Below, piece after piece: positions 1 through 6,923 of a DNA stretch of 64,000 nt. The stretch lies in NCBI GenBank assembly GCA_018830005.1, contig JAHJTE010000001.1:513332-577331 (forward strand), read 5' to 3'. A model generated the notes under the pieces. The model saw nothing but the letters and a program-made list of their open reading frames with translations. It did no database searches and was not told where the DNA came from. This DNA comes from Candidatus Omnitrophota bacterium. GTDB taxonomy: Bacteria; Omnitrophota; Gorgyraeia; JAHJTE01. The position numbers and the translations under genes were made by a program. The first letter of the stretch is position 1. The number at the start of each line of letters is the position of its first letter.

Positions 1-3000
1 ATACTGTAACTATTGGTGGAGAACCTGGTGATATCGCCATACAGAAAAATGGCTACTTTGGCTATGTAACAAATATGATTTCAAGAACAATCTCAGTTAT
101 AGATATCCGAACCAATGAAATAGTTAAGACCATTGACGAAGGTGGTATGGCTTCTTTTATTTTGGCTTTAAGCCAGGATGATGATTCCCTTTATGTATTA
201 GAGGGACCAATTATTACTATGTCAACAGAAGGTCCCTTGACAACAAATTCGAATGAGGATTCTAACCAGGTCGCTATCATTAATACAAGTTCAAATGAAA
301 TAGTAGAAAGAATTCCACTCTCAGGTGCTATTCAGGGAATAGCTATTACTCCTACGAATATATTTCGTTCTCCGGAAGGAGATTATTCAGTCCTTAGAGA
401 AAATAATGATAACACTTTTACCCGAAGGCTTAAAGATGACACTAAAGTAAACTTTAATGCCCATGGTTTGCAGGCCTCTATAGTTGACCGCAATGGAAAT
501 AGTACGGCCTATCTCTACATAGACGCAAACTCTGACGGCATAACCGAAGAATTAAGTCGGATTACTCTTCCCAAAGGAGGAAAATATCAGCTTAGCTATA
601 CACCCCAAGGCAAACTAGAATCAATAACTGACCCAGCAGCAAGAATTACTCAGTTTACTATTGACGAAAACAATGATTTAATAGAAATAATTAACCCTGA
701 TACAACCACTAAATCCTTTATTTATACTGACCACCTCTTAACCTCTGAAACTAACGAACGCTCATATACAACTTCTTATGAGTATGATGACTATGGAAGA
801 GTAGAGAGAATGCTTTTTCCCAATACGCCTCAGGAGACAATTCAATTCTTCCCTTCAGACGTCCAGGGCCTGATAAACGACTTGCCCGCAGGAGTAGGAA
901 CCCCTGATAATCCAGCTCCAGTTGTAAGGCCCCAGGATATAGTTGAGACTATAATTGACGGCAAAGACTATTCCATAGTCTCTCAAACATCTAAATTTGG
1001 CGCCTACAGCCAGATTACAGATGCCTTGGATCAGACAACTACAATAGAAAGAGACGGCAACAACAATCCCACAAAGATTACAAGACCTAATACCTCAACA
1101 GTCACTATGTCCTATGATGGAAGAGGTAATCTCCTAACCTCAACTGAAGACTCAATCTCAGCTACTACCGCCTTTACTTATGAGCCAGACTTTAATCAGA
1201 TAACATCCATCACAGACCCAGAAAACAACACTACAAATATTGATTATGATGAAAATGGAAATCCCATTCAGATTGCTGATGCCCAAGCTAATATTACTAA
1301 GATGGAATATGATAGCAGGGGGTTAGTAACCAAGATAATCTCTGGTTTTGCTACTGCAGTAGAGAATCAAACTACCTTTACCTACTATACTGACACCTAC
1401 AACCTTAAAACAATCACTGACCCAATAGGCAAGACTACAACCTTTACCTATGATAATGCTGGCAATATCCTTACTATTCAAGATGCCGAAAACAACACCA
1501 CAGCCTTTGAGTATGATGATATGAACCGCCTCACCAAGGTGACAGACCCAGAAACAAACATCACCCAGTACCAATATGATGCGGCTGGAAACCTCAAGAA
1601 GATAATTGACGCTAATCTAAAAGAGACTACCTTCACCTATGATGAAATTAACCAGCTTAAAACAATAACCAATGCTCTAGGCAAGACTAAAGCCTTCTCC
1701 TATGATTTAAATCGCAACCTCGAAACCACTACAGACTTTAATGCTGATACAATAACCTTTGCCTACGATGACATAAACCGCCTTACTAATAAATCTGGAA
1801 CAGGTTTAAACGTAACCTATGATTATGACTCTGTAAATAACCTTACCTCACTAACTACACCAGATTCATCGCTAAGCTTAACCTATGACCTGGCCTCAAG
1901 AATAGAAGCCTCAACTACACTTGATTTAGGTCATCAACCAGGAACAATTATCTCTTACGCCTATGACAAGAATTCCAATCGCTTAACCTTAACTGATCCT
2001 GAGTCTATTGTTACAAAATACGTCTATGATTCACTCAACCGCCTCATTGACATCACAGATGCCCTAGATCAAAACCTCGCTCATTTTAACTATGATGAGC
2101 TTTCCAGAAGAACAGGTTTAGACTTGGCTAACGGAACAAGCTCCAGCTACGCCTATGATTTAGCAAGCAGGTTAGTTTCCTTGGATTCTTACTCCTATAC
2201 CTATGATAATGCTGGTAATAGATTAACCATGACTGATAATGACGGTACTCACAACTACACCTATGATGACATCTATCGTTTAACTAATGCTGCTCATCCT
2301 CAACCTGAGAATCCAGCTGAAAACTATGCCTATGACTCAGTAGGCAACCGCAATCCGGCAAGTTATACCTATAATGATGCCAATAGGCTCTTAGAAGATG
2401 ATGAATATACTTATACTTATGATGATAATGGAAACCTAATTTCCAAAACTAACAAGTCTACATTAGAAACAACAAGCTATATCTACAACCTGGGAAATCA
2501 GTTAATCAGCATAGATTTTCCAAATTCAACATCTGTTCAATATACATATGACGGCTTAGGAAGAAGAATCGAGAAGAATGTAAACGGTACTATTACTAGA
2601 TATATCTATGATAATGAAGACATTATTGCAGAATACGATGGAACCAATACTCTGCAAGCCAAATACCTTCATGGCCCAGGTATTGATGAGCCCTTGAACA
2701 TAGAAAGAGGAGGTCAGACTTACTGGTATCATGTAGACGGCTTAGGGTCAATCACTGCGCTTACTGATGATACAGGTACAGTGGTCCAGACATATCTTTA
2801 TGATTCTTTTGGAAATATCAAGGCTGAGACTGGCTCTTTGATAAACCCTTACACGTACACAGGGAGAGAACTTGATCCTGAGAGTGGACTTTACTATTAC
2901 AGGGCGAGGTACTATGATGCAAGTATCGGTAGGTTCTTGCAGGAAGATCAACTCTTTGGACTAGCTAAGCTTCCCCAAACCTTTAATGGCTACTTATACA

Positions 3001-3053
3001 GTCTTAATAACCCTTTAATTTTTATTGATCCATTTGGGCTTCAAAGAAGATAG
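1..3053 (+). CDS. Rhs/YD-repeat family polymorphic toxin protein (5'-partial; ORF open to window start). N-terminal YVTN beta-propeller-like repeats, >25 YD repeats, C-terminal Rhs core ending ...PLIFIDPFGLQRR
   Basis: The frame is open from nt 3 with no stop (TVTIGGEPGDIAIQKNGYFGYVTNMISRT...). Tandem Y-x-YDxxGN/R repeats run throughout. The C-terminus carries the GxxxRYYDxxxGRF...PxxxxDPxGL Rhs-core signature and ends at TAG 3051-3053. Confidence 0.85.
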   Translation, partial: TVTIGGEPGDIAIQKNGYFGYVTNMISRTISVIDIRTNEIVKTIDEGGMASFILALSQDDDSLYVLEGPIITMSTEGPLTTNSNEDSNQVAIINTSSNEIVERIPLSGAIQGIAITPTNIFRSPEGDYSVLRENNDNTFTRRLKDDTKVNFNAHGLQASIVDRNGNSTAYLYIDANSDGITEELSRITLPKGGKYQLSYTPQGKLESITDPAARITQFTIDENNDLIEIINPDTTTKSFIYTDHLLTSETNERSYTTSYEYDDYGRVERMLFPNTPQETIQFFPSDVQGLINDLPAGVGTPDNPAPVVRPQDIVETIIDGKDYSIVSQTSKFGAYSQITDALDQTTTIERDGNNNPTKITRPNTSTVTMSYDGRGNLLTSTEDSISATTAFTYEPDFNQITSITDPENNTTNIDYDENGNPIQIADAQANITKMEYDSRGLVTKIISGFATAVENQTTFTYYTDTYNLKTITDPIGKTTTFTYDNAGNILTIQDAENNTTAFEYDDMNRLTKVTDPETNITQYQYDAAGNLKKIIDANLKETTFTYDEINQLKTITNALGKTKAFSYDLNRNLETTTDFNADTITFAYDDINRLTNKSGTGLNVTYDYDSVNNLTSLTTPDSSLSLTYDLASRIEASTTLDLGHQPGTIISYAYDKNSNRLTLTDPESIVTKYVYDSLNRLIDITDALDQNLAHFNYDELSRRTGLDLANGTSSSYAYDLASRLVSLDSYSYTYDNAGNRLTMTDNDGTHNYTYDDIYRLTNAAHPQPENPAENYAYDSVGNRNPASYTYNDANRLLEDDEYTYTYDDNGNLISKTNKSTLETTSYIYNLGNQLISIDFPNSTSVQYTYDGLGRRIEKNVNGTITRYIYDNEDIIAEYDGTNTLQAKYLHGPGIDEPLNIERGGQTYWYHVDGLGSITALTDDTGTVVQTYLYDSFGNIKAETGSLINPYTYTGRELDPESGLYYYRARYYDASIGRFLQEDQLFGLAKLPQTFNGYLYSLNNPLIFIDPFGLQRR

Positions 3054-3068
3054 GACTTTGGAAATGCT

Positions 3069-3359
3069 GTGGGAGGAGTTTTAGGTGCAGCAGAAGATAT
3101 AGCGAATTGGTATACAGATTGGCGATTAGCAAGTGATATATTTAATTCGGTAAATGAATTTGCTGGCACAATCCCTAAAGGACAAGAAGTGGATGCACTT
3201 TTAGTTGTTGATCCGATTACTAAGCGCGTATTGGCTGTAGTTGATAAAGATGTGGGCTCAATTACAAAACCCACTACAGATATTCGTCCTATAAAAGTAA
3301 CTGGGACAAAACAGATAGAGATCGAGAGACCTATGGAGGTTAAGGAGAAAGAAAAATGA
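3069..3359 (+). CDS. Small ORF (96 aa, GTG start) in the SAME frame as the rhs gene, immediately after its TAG. Candidate detached C-terminal toxin tip of the Rhs protein
   Basis: Nucleotides 75 and 3069 are both in frame 0. Only one TAG plus 5 codons (DFGNA) separate DPFGLQRR from this ORF. In Rhs toxins the variable toxin domain follows DPxGL directly. The ORF has no recognisable motif and overlaps the next gene by ATGA. Confidence 0.4.
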   Translation: MGGVLGAAEDIANWYTDWRLASDIFNSVNEFAGTIPKGQEVDALLVVDPITKRVLAVVDKDVGSITKPTTDIRPIKVTGTKQIEIERPMEVKEKEK

Positions 3360-4105
3360 CAGATAATTATCACCTAAAGAAGAAGCAAAAAAACAGCATA
3401 CTAAATATCTTAATCGCTATTATATTGATAGTACCAATTTGCTCTTGTAAAAGCAATATTAGTAAATTAACAACCGATAGAATTCTTAATGATATATCAG
3501 AAAAACATAAAAGAATCGAAAGCTATAAGGCAGATTTTACAATGAAGATAATAAAGAAGGAAAAAGAACAAACTTTAGAAGGTAAGATAAAGTTTAAACA
3601 ACCAAACTTAACTAAACAAGAAACAAATTTGTCATTCAAAGGAGAAAAAAAAGATTTACTCGTCAGTAATGGGAAGGTTAAATGGATGTATATCCCATTG
3701 ATAAAAATTGCATTTCGGGAAGATTTAAAGATTATTGATAGAGAGTTCCAAAAAAAATATGGTATAACTTCTGCATATGTAGATATGGCGAACATTCGCT
3801 ATGTAAAAACTGATAATTTTAATGGTCATCAGGTATGCATTTTAGAGGGCATGCCTAATAAGCTTGTTAAGGCTCGTGACTCTGAGGCACCTTATATCAT
3901 CAGAGTCTTTATAGATGCAGAAAATGGAGTAGTTCGCAAAGTATCATCATATGATAAACAGGGTGAAGAAATAATGTCTCAAGTCTTTAGAAATTTCGAA
4001 TTTAATATTCGAATACCGGATGATGAATTTATTTTTGAGCCGCCCGAAGGAACTCAGGTGATAGATACAACAGAAGGCACTATTAGGAATTTGGATGTAC
4101 AATAA
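3356..4105 (+). CDS. LolA-like / outer-membrane lipoprotein-sorting fold lipoprotein (DUF4367-like). Candidate immunity protein
   Basis: It has a signal peptide with a lipobox-like ...IVPICSC. LolA-like motifs are present (KQPNL..., LLVSNGKVKWMYIP). Its start overlaps the stop of the tip ORF (ATGA), with GGAG of KEKEK serving as RBS. Confidence 0.5.
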   Translation: MTDNYHLKKKQKNSILNILIAIILIVPICSCKSNISKLTTDRILNDISEKHKRIESYKADFTMKIIKKEKEQTLEGKIKFKQPNLTKQETNLSFKGEKKDLLVSNGKVKWMYIPLIKIAFREDLKIIDREFQKKYGITSAYVDMANIRYVKTDNFNGHQVCILEGMPNKLVKARDSEAPYIIRVFIDAENGVVRKVSSYDKQGEEIMSQVFRNFEFNIRIPDDEFIFEPPEGTQVIDTTEGTIRNLDVQ

Positions 4106-4306
4106 GTCCAGACCTACCTTTACGACTCCTTCGGAAATATCAAGGCTGAGACTGGCTCTTTGATAAACCCTTACACATATACAGGGAGAGAACTTGATCC
4201 TGAGAGTGGACTTTACTATTACAGGGCGAGGTACTATGATGCAAGTATCGGTAGGTTCTTGCAGGAGGATTCGATAGGATATTTATCAGTGCCAAATTGG
4301 AAATAA
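4106..4306 (+). pseudogene. Orphan Rhs C-terminal core fragment (VQTYLYDSFGNIKAE...GRFLQED) with an alternative tail (SIGYLSVPNWK*). It has no start codon and begins immediately after the stop of the lipoprotein gene
   Basis: Nucleotides 4106-4270 are ~95% identical to 2784-2948 of the main rhs gene, with mostly synonymous differences. Downstream sequence diverges completely. Confidence 0.7.
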
Positions 4307-4560
4307 AGTAATTGAAAAGGTAATTAGCAACAAAATTGAAGAATCCGTCCCTTCTATACCAAAGAAATTAAGAGGAGAGGTCGCCGAAACATTGCGGCAA
4401 GAAATGACAAAAGAAGAGTATAAGAAATTAAAAGATGCTAATACTCAAGACTCTGATAAGCTAAAAATTGTCGAAGAAATAATAAATCGCGCTAAAGAAA
4501 GACCAGAGAATAAAGAACTTAAGAAAAAGATAGATCCATATTTAGAATTTCTAAAATAAA
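4278..4560 (+). pseudogene. Start-less ORF in a shifted frame continuing from the orphan Rhs fragment (DIYQCQIGNKVIEKV...KKKIDPYLEFLK). Candidate frame-disrupted alternative toxin tip or small immunity remnant
   Basis: Open frame 4278-4560 has no ATG/GTG/TTG near its 5' end. It is lysine/glutamate-rich and helical. It sits where an orphan toxin tip would be expected. Confidence 0.3.
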
Positions 4561-4573
4561 TGGAGTATTGACA

Positions 4574-4897
4574 ATGAAAAAAAATAAAATAACGAAATCA
4601 TTGCTGGTCGGTTCTTTGGTAAGTATTATTCTAATAATTTTAGCTTATCTTAGTCAAAAAGAAATAATAGATATAAATCTTTATCTCTTTATATTTTTGA
4701 TGGGCCCTCCTTTATTGATTGGGATAATAAGTAAGTCCTATGCTTTTGTCTATTTTGCAATTTTTATTTACTGGAATCTGCTAAGTATTTATTTTAATAG
4801 CACGATGAATAAATACATTAAAATAATAAGCCTTCTTCTTTTTGTTTTAATTCATGGAGCATCAGCATTTTTATTTTATAGATATTTTGGATTTTAA
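4574..4897 (+). CDS. Small integral membrane protein (3 predicted TM helices). Candidate immunity protein for the orphan Rhs tip
   Basis: RBS GGAG at 4562-4565 precedes ATG 4574. The product is hydrophobic (LLVGSLVSIILIILAYL..., FVYFAIFIYWNLLSIYF..., IISLLLFVLIHGASAFLFY). It follows the orphan toxin module. Confidence 0.45.
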   Translation: MKKNKITKSLLVGSLVSIILIILAYLSQKEIIDINLYLFIFLMGPPLLIGIISKSYAFVYFAIFIYWNLLSIYFNSTMNKYIKIISLLLFVLIHGASAFLFYRYFGF

Positions 4898-5103
4898 AGA
4901 CTAGTTTTAACCTAACCCAAAAATCGCAATAACGAACATAACGAACCAAACAGGCACAGCGCAAATTCTATGGAATAGAATAGCAAAACTAAGGGCGACG
5001 CTTCTTCAAACTATAATATCATAGATCACAGACGCTTTACATAAAGGATCACAGACGTTTTACGTAACTCTTCTATTATAGCTAAGTTGTAAACAAAATC
5101 TTT

Positions 5104-5475
5104 TTGTTCTTTGACAACGGCAACCTAACGAGCAAGGCAAATAAATCAATTCCTTCAGACGTTACCACGTATACCTACAGCGTCGAGAACCAATTAGTTT
5201 CCGTGGAGAGTGGACCGTTGGCCGTGAGCTATACATATGACGGCTTAGGAAGAAGAATAGAGAAGAATGTCAATGGTACTATTACTAGATACGTCTATGA
5301 TAACGAAGACATCATTGCAGAATACGATGGAACCAATACTCTCCAAGCCAAATATCTCTATGGTCCAGGTATTGATGAGCCCTTACAAATGCAAAGAGGA
5401 GGTCAGACTTACTGGTATCATGTAGACGGGTTAGGATCAATCACTGCGTTTATTAACAGAAACTTGACTAAATAG
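5104..5475 (+). pseudogene. Second displaced Rhs fragment (123 aa, TTG start). It is homologous to the main rhs region encoding DDNGNLISK...HVDGLGSITA and ends with a unique tail FINRNLTK*
   Basis: Nucleotides 5230-5448 are ~90% identical to 2541-2759. Protein homology runs from 5107 (FDNGNLTSKANKS vs DDNGNLISKTNKS). The fragment stops 24 nt before the point where fragment 4106 begins in the main gene. Confidence 0.7.
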
Positions 5476-5485
5476 GAGGTAAGTC

Positions 5486-5962
5486 ATGGGTAAGCAAGGA
5501 TCAAAGATTTCAGGAGTTGATGTTAAGGAATTGATCAATGATTTAAACAGGGCTTATGCTGATGAATGGTTGGCGATATATTCCTATAAATACATGGCAG
5601 AGACTGTGACTGGGCTAGGATATGAGGATATGGCTGAATTTCTAGAAAAGATTGCCAAGGATGAAGCTGAGCATGCGAGTGAGCTTGCAGATAGGATCCA
5701 GGAATTAGGGGGCCTGCCACTTTCCAATATAGCTGAACTTGAAAAAAATGCAAATGCTCCCTATCCAAGGCCACCTAAAAGTACCTCTGATTATAAGAGT
5801 ATTATTAATGTAGTTACAGATGCTGAGGCCGGGGCAATTGATGTCTATCAGAAAATCGCCAACAAGACCCAAGGTAAAGACCACGTCACATATCAGCTTG
5901 CCTGCCATATCTTAGCAGAAGAAGTTCAACATGAAGAGATGTTTGAGGATTTGCTGGATTAG
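5486..5962 (+). CDS. Ferritin-like (bacterioferritin/rubrerythrin superfamily) domain protein
   Basis: Di-iron four-helix-bundle motifs are present (EWLAIYSYKYMAE..., EAEHASELADRIQELGG, ...AEEVQHEEMFEDLL). RBS AGGAGG precedes ATG 5486. Confidence 0.6.
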   Translation: MGKQGSKISGVDVKELINDLNRAYADEWLAIYSYKYMAETVTGLGYEDMAEFLEKIAKDEAEHASELADRIQELGGLPLSNIAELEKNANAPYPRPPKSTSDYKSIINVVTDAEAGAIDVYQKIANKTQGKDHVTYQLACHILAEEVQHEEMFEDLLD

Positions 5963-6007
5963 TTTGGCATAGAGCTGTTGCTAAGTATAATAAAAAGTAG
6001 CAGAAAG

Positions 6008-6046
6008 ATGGCGTCCGTTTAACATGAGGACGTCATTTTTGTTTAT
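6008..6046 (+). terminator. Rho-independent terminator-like hairpin (GGCGTCC-N11-GGACGTC + T5)
   Basis: An imperfect 7-bp stem is followed by TTTTT, downstream of the ferritin-like gene. Confidence 0.5.
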
Positions 6047-6056
6047 TCTGACTCTA

Positions 6057-6083
6057 TTGCAGCTTTCATATTTATGGTATAAT
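6057..6083 (+). promoter_or_regulatory. Sigma70-like promoter with extended -10 (TTGCAG ... TGgTATAAT) for the nfnAB-like operon
   Basis: TGgTATAAT lies at 6075-6083, 18 nt upstream of RBS GAGGA and ATG 6102. Confidence 0.5.
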
Positions 6084-6101
6084 ATTTTTTCTGAGGATAT
6101 T

Positions 6102-6923
6102 ATGAAAATAAAAGCCAAGAAAACCTTAATAGATAATAAGGATTATAGAATTATTAGCTTGAGGATTTCAAGCCCTCATATTGCTTCTTGTGTGAAGCCT
6201 GGCCAATTCATAGTGGTCATGGTTAAGGCTAAAGGTGAGAGGATTCCCCTTACTGTAGTAGATGCAAAAAATGAGGAAATTACTTTAATCTTTCAGGAGG
6301 CAGGGTATTCTACCAAGCTTTTAGGAAATCTAAATGAAGGCGATTCGGTTTATGCCTTAGTCGGTCCCTTAGGATGCGCAACAGAAATTAAAAACTATGG
6401 AAAGGTAATTCTAGTGGCGGGAGGAGTGGGCATTGCGGAGATCTATCCTGTGGCGAAAAGATTAAAAGAGGAAGGAAATTATATAGTTACTATTTTGGGT
6501 ACAAGGACAAAAGATCTATTGTTTTTGGAAGAGGAGTTAAGAGGAATTTCTGATGAAATTCACATAACTACCGATGACGGTTCTTATTCAAGAAAAGGTT
6601 TTACGACTGATGTTTTAAAAGATATACTCAGCAAAGCTAAGTTTGATTTAGTTTATGCTGTCGGCCCTATCCCGATGATGGAGATAGCATCTTCTGTAAC
6701 CAAAGAGTTTGGCGTCAGAACAATGGTTTCTTTAAATACCTTGATGCTGGATGCAACCGGCATGTGCGGATGTTGCCGGGTAAGCGTTGATAATATAGTG
6801 AAATTTGCCTGCGTTGACGGGCCAGAATTCGATGCGCATCTAATAGACTGGGATGAGTTAAAAAAGAGAAATAGGATATACGAAGAAAAAGAAAAACATA
6901 TTTGTAGACTTTCTAAATTATGA
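6102..6923 (+). CDS. nfnA: PyrK-like FAD/NAD(P)-binding [2Fe-2S] subunit. NfnA / sulfide dehydrogenase beta (SudB)-type ferredoxin-NADP+ reductase small subunit
   Basis: It has an FNR-like fold and a C-terminal Cys cluster (GMCGCCRV...FACVDGPEF). It is paired by 4-bp overlap with a GltD-like gene. The internal ATG 6102 with RBS is preferred over the track start at 6024. Confidence 0.65.
   Translation: MKIKAKKTLIDNKDYRIISLRISSPHIASCVKPGQFIVVMVKAKGERIPLTVVDAKNEEITLIFQEAGYSTKLLGNLNEGDSVYALVGPLGCATEIKNYGKVILVAGGVGIAEIYPVAKRLKEEGNYIVTILGTRTKDLLFLEEELRGISDEIHITTDDGSYSRKGFTTDVLKDILSKAKFDLVYAVGPIPMMEIASSVTKEFGVRTMVSLNTLMLDATGMCGCCRVSVDNIVKFACVDGPEFDAHLIDWDELKKRNRIYEEKEKHICRLSKL

Noticed and set aside
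3051-3053. TAG stop-codon reassignment or alternative genetic code explaining the in-frame TAG in rhs
   Set aside because: TAG terminates other well-supported genes in the window (e.g. the ferritin-like gene at 5960-5962 and the NYN gene at 16558-16560). UGA and UAA are also normal stops. Standard code 11 fits.
1323-3373. Minus-strand ORFs 1323..1574, 2748..2951 and 3041..3373 inside or antisense to the rhs gene and tip ORF
   Set aside because: They lie antisense within a long, motif-rich plus-strand coding region. They have no RBS and low-complexity products. They are shadow ORFs.
6024-6101. Upstream ATG 6024 as the start of the NfnA-like gene
   Set aside because: The extended -10 promoter (6075-6083) and RBS GAGGA sit inside that extension. 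The extension's N-terminus (MRTSFLFILTLL...) is unlike FNR/PyrK proteins. ATG 6102 is preferred.
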